A stretch of 63,194 bases of DNA from Candidatus Pacearchaeota archaeon (GTDB taxonomy: Archaea > Nanobdellota > Nanobdellia > Pacearchaeales > GW2011-AR1), in contig JAGVWT010000001.1 in NCBI GenBank assembly GCA_018304175.1, positions 1-63,194 on the forward strand, in the 5' to 3' direction. A program made the position numbers and the translations under genes. The notes under the pieces are model-generated. The model had not been told where the DNA came from. It did not search any database and saw only the letters and a list, made by a program, of their open reading frames with translations. Below are positions 24,832 through 33,505 of the stretch, one piece after another (within the stretch, counting starts at the first letter, position 1; each line of letters begins with the position of its first letter).

Positions 24832-25194
24832 GTGAAAAAGGAATTAGAAATTAAATTAGTTAACAATGCAGAAGATCTAGATAATTTGTCTACAGGAGAG
24901 GTTGTATCATTAAACATAGATGGAGAATCTCAATATGCAGTTTATCGAGGTATTGAAAATGGTGTTATGATTTTAGGATTTGGTGGGAATAGAGTCATAA
25001 ATGGAGATGATAAATTTTTATTCAGACACAATTATGGGGCAATTGAAGTCATTGGTTGTGAAAGAAGTAAAATATCAATATATGCGGGAGAATTATGTTT
25101 ACCTCCAACGGATTTAAGGCTTGGAGAAATGCCTCAACCTGGAACAAATGGATTTTACGAATTAGATAAATTACTGAAAGAGGTAGGACTATAA
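24832..25194 (+). CDS. orphan ~120-aa protein (paralog family member B), inserted between rpl22 and rps3
   Basis: GTG start after TAA-A; GGAG SD upstream; homologous by eye to 5537..5893. Confidence 0.75.
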   Translation: MKKELEIKLVNNAEDLDNLSTGEVVSLNIDGESQYAVYRGIENGVMILGFGGNRVINGDDKFLFRHNYGAIEVIGCERSKISIYAGELCLPPTDLRLGEMPQPGTNGFYELDKLLKEVGL

Positions 25195-25195
25195 A

Positions 25196-25861
25196 ATGGA
25201 AGAAAGAAAAATTGTAAAATTCAAGAAAGATGAGCATTCAATAAAAGAATATATAAAGAATTCTCTTGGAAAAGGAAAAATTAGCAAGATTAAAATAGAG
25301 TACACCCCCATCGGTGAAAAAGTGATAATATCAACACACAGACCAGGAATGATTATAGGAAGAGGGGGAGAAAGAATAAATGAATTGACAAGTACTTTGA
25401 AAAAAAGATTCACACTTGAAAATCCACATGTTGAAATAAATGAAATAGATCAGCCAGAATTTGATGCACAGATAATGGCTGATGAAATTGCATTGGCTCT
25501 TGAAAATTTCGGTCCATTGAAATTCAAAGTTATTGCTTACAAAACATTGAAAAAAATAATTAATTCTGGAGCTTTAGGGGCTGAGATAAGGTTAGGTGGA
25601 AAGCTCCCGGGAGCAAGAGCTAAATCCTGGAGATTTGCAGAAGGTTATTTGAAAAAAACTGGTGATAGTGCGAAAGTTGTTGACAGAGCAAAGTCTGTCG
25701 CTCAAACAAAACCTGGAACTGTAGGTGTTAAAGTTAGCATTTTGTCCCCGTATGTAGTTTTGAAAGACAAAATAGTAATCGATGAAAAATTGATTGAAAA
25801 AATAAAATCTCACAAAGATTTAATCAAGGAGAAACCAAAACATGGTAATAAAAATAAGTGA
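25196..25861 (+). CDS. rps3: 30S ribosomal protein uS3
   Basis: KH domain RPGMIIGRGG; IRLGGKLPGARA; GTVGVKV. Confidence 0.97.
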   Translation: MEERKIVKFKKDEHSIKEYIKNSLGKGKISKIKIEYTPIGEKVIISTHRPGMIIGRGGERINELTSTLKKRFTLENPHVEINEIDQPEFDAQIMADEIALALENFGPLKFKVIAYKTLKKIINSGALGAEIRLGGKLPGARAKSWRFAEGYLKKTGDSAKVVDRAKSVAQTKPGTVGVKVSILSPYVVLKDKIVIDEKLIEKIKSHKDLIKEKPKHGNKNK

Positions 25862-26015
25862 AATAAAAAAAATGAGTAAAGAGGAAAAGGAGAAAAAGCT
25901 CAAAGATTTGAAATTTGAAATGTTAAAATCTCGTGCAGGCACGACAAAAATAGGAAGTTCAAAAACAAAAGAAATTAAAAAAACAATTGCAAAAATACTC
26001 ACTTTAAATAAGTAA
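25842..26015 (+). CDS. rpl29: 50S ribosomal protein uL29
   Basis: Missed by ORF track. MVIKISEIKKMSKEEKEKKLKDLKFEMLK...TKEIKKTIAKILTLNK; expected position after rps3. Confidence 0.88.
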   Translation: MVIKISEIKKMSKEEKEKKLKDLKFEMLKSRAGTTKIGSSKTKEIKKTIAKILTLNK

Positions 26016-26016
26016 A

Positions 26017-26316
26017 ATGGAAATATGCCCAAAATGCGGCCTGCCAAAGCAGGCATGTGTATGCGAACAAATCGTAAAAAGTTCGCAAAAGATACAAGTG
26101 ACAACCGAGAGAAAAAAATATGGTAAGGTAGTTACAGTGGTTTCCGGATTCGACAGCGGAATTGACATAAAGAAAACCGCAAAAGCCCTGAAAAACGAGC
26201 TTGCTTGCGGAGGAACATACAAAGGTAACGCGATTGAGTTACAAGGAGACCACACGAAAAAAGTAAAATCTCTCTTAGTCAGATTAGGATTTGACGAAGA
26301 ATCAATAAGTGACTAA
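26017..26316 (+). CDS. sui1: translation initiation factor SUI1 (aIF1)
   Basis: CPKCGLP zinc ribbon; LKNELACGGT, IELQGDH. Confidence 0.95.
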   Translation: MEICPKCGLPKQACVCEQIVKSSQKIQVTTERKKYGKVVTVVSGFDSGIDIKKTAKALKNELACGGTYKGNAIELQGDHTKKVKSLLVRLGFDEESISD

Positions 26317-26327
26317 AATACACAAAA

Positions 26328-26705
26328 ATGGAAACCGAAAAAATAGCAATGGAAAAAGCCACAAAAAACTATGGCAAAAACTTAGCATCAGCTATAAAGA
26401 ATAATTGTAAAGATCAAAAATGTCCTTTCCACGGTTCTTTAAGAGTAAGAGGAAAAACTATTCAAGGCACAGTTACGAAAAAATTTCCAAAAAGAGTTGT
26501 TATTGTTTTTGAAAGAATAGTTTACGTAAGGAAATATGAAAGGTATAAAAAAACGAGAATCAAAATTCACGCACGACTTCCTGACTGCATAAGCAATGAA
26601 ATAAACATTGGAGACACTGCAATAGCTAAAGAGTGCAGGCCATTAAGCAAGATAATACATTTCGTTGTTGTTGATAAATTAAATTTAGGAGGAGTTAAAA
26701 AATGA
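26328..26705 (+). CDS. rps17: 30S ribosomal protein uS17
   Basis: CPFHGSLRVRG, KYERY, ECRPLSK..HFVV. Confidence 0.96.
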   Translation: METEKIAMEKATKNYGKNLASAIKNNCKDQKCPFHGSLRVRGKTIQGTVTKKFPKRVVIVFERIVYVRKYERYKKTRIKIHARLPDCISNEINIGDTAIAKECRPLSKIIHFVVVDKLNLGGVKK

Positions 26706-27103
26706 AAGCGATAAGTGCGAAAGCAACTAGGGGATTAAATCTTGGCTCAACAGTGATAGTTGCCGATAACAGCGGAGGAAAAATTGCAAGAATTGTCGGA
26801 GTAAAGAAGGGAAAAAGCAAAAAAGGGCGACAAGGAAGTGCGAAGATTGCAGATTGGGTAAAAGTCAGTATAAAAAAAGGGGACCCTGAAATGAGGGGGA
26901 AGGTTTTCGACGCTGTTGTAATAAAAATAAAAAAACCTTACAGAAGGTTAAATGGAGAACGAGTTGCGTTTGAAGAAAACGCTGTAGCAATATTAAAAGA
27001 TGATAAAGGAAATCCAAAAGGAACTCAAATAAAAGGTCCTGTCGCAAGAGAAGTAATGGAACGATGGGCACAAGTCGCGAAAATCGCGCAATCGGTGTAT
27101 TAA
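26702..27103 (+). CDS. rpl14: 50S ribosomal protein uL14
   Basis: VADNSGGK, FEENAVAIL..KG.PKGTQIKGPVARE. Confidence 0.96.
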   Translation: MKAISAKATRGLNLGSTVIVADNSGGKIARIVGVKKGKSKKGRQGSAKIADWVKVSIKKGDPEMRGKVFDAVVIKIKKPYRRLNGERVAFEENAVAILKDDKGNPKGTQIKGPVAREVMERWAQVAKIAQSVY

Positions 27104-27104
27104 A

Positions 27105-27506
27105 ATGAATCAATATAATCAATTAAATCCAAACTATTGCCTTGAAAGAGAAAAATGGACAAAGAGTAAATTATGCAGGATAATGGACAAAACAGAAAAG
27201 GCAAGAGATAGAATAGATGAAAGAGTGAAAAAAGGGGAAATAAGTGATGTGAAAGGAGAAATAATGAAGACCATACACATGGAATTTATGTGTATTGCAC
27301 AGTCAGGGATTTTTTTAAATGGAAAGGGAGACATTCAAGGAGCATCTGTATTAATGAGTGATGCACTTAGATGTAAAAATAAAATGTATTCTATGTTAAC
27401 ATACAGTATTGGTTCTATGACAAAAAAAGATATTGATTATTTCGTAAAAAGAGCTGAACGCATTTATGAGTTAGGTCTAAAAAATACCAGGATGTACCTT
27501 AGTTAA
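27105..27506 (+). CDS. orphan helical protein inserted between rpl14 and rpl24
   Basis: 133 aa; flanked on both sides by TTAAAATGAA junctions; no family recognised. Confidence 0.7.
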   Translation: MNQYNQLNPNYCLEREKWTKSKLCRIMDKTEKARDRIDERVKKGEISDVKGEIMKTIHMEFMCIAQSGIFLNGKGDIQGASVLMSDALRCKNKMYSMLTYSIGSMTKKDIDYFVKRAERIYELGLKNTRMYLS

Positions 27507-27507
27507 A

Positions 27508-27903
27508 ATGAAAAAAAATTTTTCAAAACACTGGAAAGAAAGTAAACAGCCTCGAAAGCAGAGGAAATATTTAGCTAAAGCTCCACTCCATTTAAGAAAG
27601 AAATTTGTAAGTGTGAATTTATCAAAGGATTTAAGAAAAAAATACGAAAAAAGAAATATCTCTGTTAGAAAGGGAGATACTGTAAAGATAGTTAGGGGAA
27701 AATTTAAAAATAAGCAAGGGAAAGTTACAGAAGTGAAGCTGAAAACAGCGACATTAAATGTTGAAGGAATTCAAGTTTCTAAGAGAGATGGTTCAAAAGC
27801 TAATGTGAAACTTCAACCATCAAACCTTCAAATTATTGAGCTAAATCTTCAAGACAAAGAAAGAATAAAATCAAAGAAAACGGAGAATAAAAATGCACCT
27901 TAA
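27508..27903 (+). CDS. rpl24: 50S ribosomal protein uL24
   Basis: SKQPRKQRKY...APLH; VRKGDTVKIVRGKFK KOW motif. Confidence 0.96.
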   Translation: MKKNFSKHWKESKQPRKQRKYLAKAPLHLRKKFVSVNLSKDLRKKYEKRNISVRKGDTVKIVRGKFKNKQGKVTEVKLKTATLNVEGIQVSKRDGSKANVKLQPSNLQIIELNLQDKERIKSKKTENKNAP

Positions 27904-28546
27904 AAGACAAGAAGTGCCAAAAAACTGGCCAATACCTAGAAAGGGAGGTGTGTATGTAGTCAGACCAAGCTCAAAAGCTGATGAGGGACTTCCAATATTA
28001 ATTATATTGAGAGATTTGCTCAAAGTTGCCCAGAACAGGAAAGAAGTAAAAAGAGCAATAAATCTTAAGCAAGTTTTGATAAACCTTAGTCCTGTAAGAA
28101 ATGACAATCAAAATACAAGTTTGTTTGATGTTATAACAATTGTTCCTTCGAAAAAAAACTATAGGATTGATTTGACTGAAAATGGAAAATTCACAGCTAA
28201 AGAAATAAGTGAAAAAGAATCTATAAAAAAAATTTCAAAAGTAATGAAAAAAACAACCTTAAAAAAAGGAAAAACCCAGATTAATTTGAGCGACGGTAAT
28301 AATTTCATTTCTGATGTAAAGTGTGATACAAATGACTCTGCATTAATAAATTTAAAAGATAAGAAGATAGAGAAAATAATTGAATTAAAAGACAAGGCGA
28401 ATGCAATTGTAACAAAAGGAAAGCACACTGGTAAAAAAGGAATAATCAATAATATAGATTCAAAAAATAGAATGGCCCAAGTAAAAACTCCTAATGGAGA
28501 AATCAATGTTTTAATTAAACAATTAATGGTGATTGAAAATGATTAA
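27893..28546 (+). CDS. rps4e: 30S ribosomal protein S4e
   Basis: MHLKRQEVPKNWPI.RK; KGK.QINL.DG.N; GKHTGK.G.I. Confidence 0.95.
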   Translation: MHLKRQEVPKNWPIPRKGGVYVVRPSSKADEGLPILIILRDLLKVAQNRKEVKRAINLKQVLINLSPVRNDNQNTSLFDVITIVPSKKNYRIDLTENGKFTAKEISEKESIKKISKVMKKTTLKKGKTQINLSDGNNFISDVKCDTNDSALINLKDKKIEKIIELKDKANAIVTKGKHTGKKGIINNIDSKNRMAQVKTPNGEINVLIKQLMVIEND

Positions 28547-29042
28547 AAATAATAAAAAAATGAAAATTGAGAAAGTTGTCTTGAGTATAGGGGGTATGGG
28601 AGACTCCTTAGAAAAAGGATTCAAACTTCTAAAAATCCTTACCGGAAGAAAACCTGCAAAAATGAAAACTTCTCCCAACAGAAGAATTCCTGCTTTGGGA
28701 GTAAAGCCTAATATGGAGGTTGGGGCGGTTGTAACAATTAGGAAAAATATACCTGAAATCCTTAAAAGGATGCTTGTTACAATTGATAACACTTTAAAGA
28801 AAAAACAAATGAGCGAAAATAATTTTTCATTTGGTATTGAAGAGTATATAGAAATTCCCGGAATAGAATATCAAAGAGATATTGGAATAAGGGGGTTGGA
28901 TGTTACAGTAGTGTTCAAAAGGGATGGAAGAAGGGTAAGATTAAAAAAAATAAAAAGGGGAAAAATCCCTGCAAGGCAAAAAATATCCAAAGAGGAAATA
29001 ATTAAATTTATGGAAGAAAATTTCCAGACTAAATTTATTTAA
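28539..29042 (+). CDS. rpl5: 50S ribosomal protein uL5
   Basis: IEKVVLSIG, LTGRKP, FSFGIEEYIEIPGIEY..DIGI.GLDV; start could be 28539 or 28560. Confidence 0.96.
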   Translation: MIKNNKKMKIEKVVLSIGGMGDSLEKGFKLLKILTGRKPAKMKTSPNRRIPALGVKPNMEVGAVVTIRKNIPEILKRMLVTIDNTLKKKQMSENNFSFGIEEYIEIPGIEYQRDIGIRGLDVTVVFKRDGRRVRLKKIKRGKIPARQKISKEEIIKFMEENFQTKFI

Positions 29043-29061
29043 TTAAATAAACAAAACTAAA

Positions 29062-29292
29062 ATGACAGCAAGTGATTGGAAAAAAATACTGAAACAACTG
29101 AGGAGCAAACCAGCAGTAATGGAAAAGTTCCTGCGTCATAACAAACCAAAAGAAAGAACGACGGGTATTGCGAAAAGAAAATGTGAGAGGTGTGGAAGGT
29201 TTGGGGCACATATAAAACTTTATGATTTAAATTTTTGCAGACATTGTTTTAGGGAAATAGCGGAGGAAATAGGGTTCAAAAAATACAGTTAA
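29062..29292 (+). CDS. rps14: 30S ribosomal protein uS14 (Zn-binding)
   Basis: CERCG...CRHCFRE.A..IGFKKY. Confidence 0.95.
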   Translation: MTASDWKKILKQLRSKPAVMEKFLRHNKPKERTTGIAKRKCERCGRFGAHIKLYDLNFCRHCFREIAEEIGFKKYS

Positions 29293-29293
29293 A

Positions 29294-29674
29294 ATGTCAC
29301 AAGATATCGTCGCTGATGCACTAAATATGATAAAAAATGCCAAGAAGGCAAGAAAGGATACTGTGAGGACTGACAAGATGTCAAATTTATTAATAGAAAT
29401 ACTTAAAATTATGAAACAAAAAAATGCAATAAAAAAATACAAAATTAATAGCAAAGAAAAACAAATTGAAATAACGATTGGAGAGATTTTTGATTGTAAA
29501 GCAATAAAACCAAGATTCAGCGTCAACAAAAAAAATATTGATAAGTATATAAGAAGGTATCTTCCGGCTAGAAATGTTGGAACAATAATAATCTCAACAA
29601 ATAAAGGACTGATGACACATCAAGAAGTTATAGAAGAAGAAACAGGAGGAAGCTTAATAGCTTATTTTTATTAA
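29294..29674 (+). CDS. rps8: 30S ribosomal protein uS8
   Basis: DIVADALNMIKNA; IKPRFSV; IISTNKGLMTH.E. Confidence 0.96.
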   Translation: MSQDIVADALNMIKNAKKARKDTVRTDKMSNLLIEILKIMKQKNAIKKYKINSKEKQIEITIGEIFDCKAIKPRFSVNKKNIDKYIRRYLPARNVGTIIISTNKGLMTHQEVIEEETGGSLIAYFY

Positions 29675-29675
29675 A

Positions 29676-30218
29676 ATGAAAAGAAAAATTTCCAAGGAGA
29701 TAACAATTCCAGAAGGAGTTCAAATAGAATCAAGTGGAAGCACTATTACTGTAAAAGGAAAAGAAGGGGAATTAAAAAGAAAGTTTGGTTCTAAAAATAT
29801 TATATTCAGGAAAGAAAACAGTAAATTTTTTATAGAATGTAAAAAAGCGACAAAAAATGAAAAGAAGAGGATAAACACTATAAATGCCCACGTAAAAAAT
29901 ATGATTAAAGGTGTTCAAGAAGGATTCGAATACAAATTAAAGATTTGCTCGAGCCACTTCCCTATGACTGTAGAAGTAAAAGGAAGAGATATTTCTGTAA
30001 AGAACTTCCTTGGAGAAAAAATTCCAAGAGTCTCAAAACTTCCTGAAGGGGCTGATATTGAAATAAAAGGAGATGTAATAACAGTCAAGGCACTTGATAA
30101 GGAGCTTGCGGGACAAACTGCAGCAGCCATAGAAAGAATAACTAAGATAAGGGAAAAAGACAGAAGGGTTTTCCAAGACGGAATTTTCATTGTGGAGAAA
30201 GGAGGAGTAAAAATATGA
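29676..30218 (+). CDS. rpl6: 50S ribosomal protein uL6
   Basis: IPEGVQI; SHFPMTV; NFLGEK.PR; DRRVFQDGIFI. Confidence 0.97.
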   Translation: MKRKISKEITIPEGVQIESSGSTITVKGKEGELKRKFGSKNIIFRKENSKFFIECKKATKNEKKRINTINAHVKNMIKGVQEGFEYKLKICSSHFPMTVEVKGRDISVKNFLGEKIPRVSKLPEGADIEIKGDVITVKALDKELAGQTAAAIERITKIREKDRRVFQDGIFIVEKGGVKI

Positions 30219-30589
30219 CTAAAAAATTTGTCAGAAGAATTTGGAGTAGATACAGCAGATTAGGAAAAAGAAGAAAAAGAAAACAGAGATGGAAAAGACC
30301 TACGGGAAGAGACAATAAAATGAGGGAAAGGAGGAGAGGATACCCTGTAAGAGTTGAAATAGGGTACAAGCAAGATAAAAAAAATAGAAACAAGGTAGAA
30401 GGAAAAGGTTTAGTTTTAGTAAGGAATGTTTCGGAATTGAATAAACTTAATAAAAATGATGTGGCCGTCATTGCTAAAATAGGAAAGAAAAAAAAGATTG
30501 AAATTGCAAAAATGGCAGAAGAAATGAAATTGCAAGTTTACAATCTAAACACCAAAAAATTACTTAAAAACACGGGGAAGAAAAAATGA
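30215..30589 (+). CDS. rpl32e: 50S ribosomal protein L32e
   Basis: WKRPTGRDNKMR; V.IGY; LVRNVSEL. Confidence 0.94.
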   Translation: MTKKFVRRIWSRYSRLGKRRKRKQRWKRPTGRDNKMRERRRGYPVRVEIGYKQDKKNRNKVEGKGLVLVRNVSELNKLNKNDVAVIAKIGKKKKIEIAKMAEEMKLQVYNLNTKKLLKNTGKKK

Positions 30590-31023
30590 ATTTAGGAAAA
30601 AAGAAAAAACTTGCAGCACGAACTTTAAATGTAGGAAAAAACAGGATTGTATTTGTAAACTCAAGGATTAACGAGATTAAAGAAGCAATAACAAAACAAG
30701 ATATAAGAGATTTAAATAAATCCGGAGCAATAATAGTAAAGAGGATAAAGGGAAGTAAGAAAAAAGAAAAAAGAAAATATAGAAGAAGTCCTGGAAACAT
30801 AAGGAAAAAAGTTTCAAAAAGAAAAAAAGAGTATGTAACATTAACCAGAAAATTAAGAAGTTATGTATCAGAGTTAAAAAAACAAGAAAAGATTTCTGTC
30901 CAAGATTACTTGGATATAAGAAAAAAGATTAGGAATAGGTATTTTAGAAGTAAGGTCAATCTAAAAGAATACATCGGAGAATTAAAGACAGAAGGAGCTG
31001 TCAAGAAAAAGAAAAGAAAATGA
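30586..31023 (+). CDS. rpl19e: 50S ribosomal protein L19e
   Basis: KKKLAARTLNVGKNRI; IKEAITKQDIRDL; RKLRSY. Confidence 0.95.
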   Translation: MNLGKKKKLAARTLNVGKNRIVFVNSRINEIKEAITKQDIRDLNKSGAIIVKRIKGSKKKEKRKYRRSPGNIRKKVSKRKKEYVTLTRKLRSYVSELKKQEKISVQDYLDIRKKIRNRYFRSKVNLKEYIGELKTEGAVKKKKRK

Positions 31024-31517
31024 AAACGCTTAAAAGAAGAAGGATTGAAAATAAGACAGATTACTCTAAAAGATTAAAGTTGTTAAAAGGTAATGTCCCA
31101 AGAGTTGTATTTAGAAAGACAAACAAGTACATTATTGCACAATATGTTACAAGTGAAAAAACCCAAGACAATATTGAAATAGGTATCAGCTCAAAAAAAC
31201 TGATTAATTATGGCTGGCCTAAAGAATTTGAAAATAGCTTGAAATCAATTCCTGCAGCATACCTTACTGGATTATTAATGGGGAAAAATATTATAAAAGA
31301 GAAAAAACAAACTCCTGTACTTGACTTAGGAATGATGCGTGCATTAAAAAAATCGAGGGCTTATGGGTTCTTGAAAGGTGTTGTTGACGCTGGTGTAAAA
31401 ATACCCCATGATAAAAAAGTTTTTCCGGAAGAAAGCAGAATTGAAGGAAAAAACTTAAAAGAAGATTTTTCTGAATTTTTTAAAAAAATTAAATCAAACG
31501 TAGAAAAAAATGCCTAA
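31020..31517 (+). CDS. rpl18: 50S ribosomal protein uL18
   Basis: RRRIENKTDY.KRL.LL; RVVFRKTNK; PAAYLTGLL.G. Confidence 0.96.
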   Translation: MKTLKRRRIENKTDYSKRLKLLKGNVPRVVFRKTNKYIIAQYVTSEKTQDNIEIGISSKKLINYGWPKEFENSLKSIPAAYLTGLLMGKNIIKEKKQTPVLDLGMMRALKKSRAYGFLKGVVDAGVKIPHDKKVFPEESRIEGKNLKEDFSEFFKKIKSNVEKNA

Positions 31518-32241
31518 AAAAAATACAGAAGAAGTTGTCGAAGAGAAAAAGGAAGAATTGGTAGAAGAAATAAAAGAAACTCCTAAAAAAACTGAAAAGA
31601 TAGAAGAGAATATTATTGGATGGGGACCAAAAACAAAACTTGGGAAAGATGTTAAAGACGGAAAAATAAAAAGTATTGATGAAATAATTTATAGTGGAAA
31701 AAAAATATTGGAAAGTGAAATTGTTGATAAATTGATTAATGTTAAAATAGACGTTATAAATATTGGCCAGGCAAAAGGAAAATTCGGTGGAGGAAAGAGG
31801 AGAATATGGAGGCAAACACAAAGGAAAACAAAAGAAGGAAACATTCCAAAATTCTCAACAATGGCAGTTATTGGAGATGAGGATGGACACGTCGGAGTTG
31901 GAATGGGAAAGGCAAAGGAAACACTTCCAGCGAGGGAAAAAGCAATAAGAAAAGCTAAGCTAAATATAATAAAAATAAAAAGAGCCTGTTCAAGTTTTGA
32001 CTGTTCATGTAATGAACTACATTCAGTTCCATTTAAGGTTGAGGGAAAAGCAGGAAGTGTGAGAATAACTATAATTCCTGCAGCACAAGGAACTGGATTG
32101 GTTGCTGCAAGTGAATTAAGAAAGGTTTTGAGTCTTGCTGGAATAAAAGATGTCTATACAAGAACAACAGGAAAGAAAAGGACTACATTCAACTTAGTAA
32201 AAGCGTGCATGAACGCACTTGAAAAAACAAACAGAATATGA
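31510..32241 (+). CDS. rps5: 30S ribosomal protein uS5
   Basis: W.PKTKLG; GD.DGHVGVG; HSVPFKV.GK.GSV; A.GTGLV. Confidence 0.97.
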   Translation: MPKKNTEEVVEEKKEELVEEIKETPKKTEKIEENIIGWGPKTKLGKDVKDGKIKSIDEIIYSGKKILESEIVDKLINVKIDVINIGQAKGKFGGGKRRIWRQTQRKTKEGNIPKFSTMAVIGDEDGHVGVGMGKAKETLPAREKAIRKAKLNIIKIKRACSSFDCSCNELHSVPFKVEGKAGSVRITIIPAAQGTGLVAASELRKVLSLAGIKDVYTRTTGKKRTTFNLVKACMNALEKTNRI

Positions 32242-32654
32242 TTTGTATAATAAGAATAAGCGGACAGGTAGGACTAAAAAAAGAAATAGTTGAAACCCTC
32301 AATAGGTTAAGGTTAAAAAGAAAATATTCCTGCGTAGTTTTGAATCCAAGCGAAAAAAATTTAGGAATGATAAAAAAAGTAAGGGATTTTGTCGCTTTCG
32401 GAGAATTAAGCGATGTAGATTTTGAAAATCTCATAAAGGCTAGAGGGCAACCTATAGAAAAATCAAAAAAAATCGACGCTAAAGATGCTGTTGAAAAAAT
32501 AAAAAAAGGAAAGAAATACGAAGAGTTAAACCTCAAACCTTTTTTCAGACTTCATCCACCTAGAAAAGGGATAAACAGCAAACTGCATTTTCCAAAAGGA
32601 GTTCTAGGAAATCACAAAGAAAAAATAAATGATTTGTTAAAAAGGATGTTGTAA
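32238..32654 (+). CDS. rpl30: 50S ribosomal protein uL30 (archaeal long form)
   Basis: IIRISGQV...ETL..LRL; GMIKKV.DFV.FGE; FFRLHPPRKG. Confidence 0.95.
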   Translation: MICIIRISGQVGLKKEIVETLNRLRLKRKYSCVVLNPSEKNLGMIKKVRDFVAFGELSDVDFENLIKARGQPIEKSKKIDAKDAVEKIKKGKKYEELNLKPFFRLHPPRKGINSKLHFPKGVLGNHKEKINDLLKRML

Positions 32655-32655
32655 A

Positions 32656-33021
32656 ATGATTAATGGAAAATTAAGATACGGGGGAGTTTATGATGCAGTT
32701 ATTGGATACAAAGGAAAACCGGTAAAAGTAAAATACTTTGGGAGATTAGAAAGAAGAGGGCTATCAAAAAGAAATGTGATTTTGGGATTTAGAAAAATTA
32801 ATGATTGGAATATTGGAGAAATATTTGCTTATAGGTTTAGTGATGAAGATTTCAAATTTGATGATTTTGGAAGGTTAAATATTGTTTATGCTGATAAATA
32901 TGAATTAAAGAAGATTGAAGATAGATACTTGCATTGGTTGGCTGATAAGCAAGGAATTAGCATAGAAGAGTTAATAACCGGTAAACCTAATTTAATAGCA
33001 AGTTCTGGAGTTGCAGCATAA
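32656..33021 (+). CDS. orphan ~120-aa protein (probable distant paralog, member D), inserted between rpl30 and rpl15
   Basis: 121 aa; LxxGxV...Gx6YxG and ILGF motifs shared with 24832..25194. Confidence 0.7.
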   Translation: MINGKLRYGGVYDAVIGYKGKPVKVKYFGRLERRGLSKRNVILGFRKINDWNIGEIFAYRFSDEDFKFDDFGRLNIVYADKYELKKIEDRYLHWLADKQGISIEELITGKPNLIASSGVAA

Positions 33022-33022
33022 G

Positions 33023-33496
33023 ATGATAAAGACAAAAAAACGTAAAAGGTCGTCGAGAATGCATGGAAGAAAAATGGGAACTCATGGCTACGGCTCTAGA
33101 AAAAAACACAAAAAATCAGGGCATCATGGGGGAGGCGGAATGAGTGGAAGTGGAAAAAGAGCTGACCACAAAAAAACCCTTGTCACAAAGCTTTATGGCC
33201 ACGGATACTTCGGAAAGCAGGGAATAACAAGTAGGGGAACAAAAATAGACAAAAGAAAAAGAATAAACTTGCCGGATATAGAGTTTAATTTGGACACGTA
33301 TGTAAAAAGGGGAATTGCAAAAAAGACAGGCAGTGAATTTGAGATTGATTTAGGTGAATATAAAATTTTGGGTGGCAATGAAAGTTACAAGCTAAAAAAT
33401 AAACTGAAAATAAAATGCAAAGAAGCTTCAGAATCAGCTGTTGAAAAAGTAAAAAATGCCGGCGGCGAGATTATAACTGCTTCAAAAAAATTGTAG
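33023..33496 (+). CDS. rpl15: 50S ribosomal protein uL15
   Basis: RMHG...THGYG..KKH...G..GG.G.SG; YFGK.G; KILG; SAVEKV..AGG. ATG 33023 preferred over TTG 33011. Confidence 0.96.
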   Translation: MIKTKKRKRSSRMHGRKMGTHGYGSRKKHKKSGHHGGGGMSGSGKRADHKKTLVTKLYGHGYFGKQGITSRGTKIDKRKRINLPDIEFNLDTYVKRGIAKKTGSEFEIDLGEYKILGGNESYKLKNKLKIKCKEASESAVEKVKNAGGEIITASKKL

Positions 33497-33505
33497 GAAT
33501 AAAAA

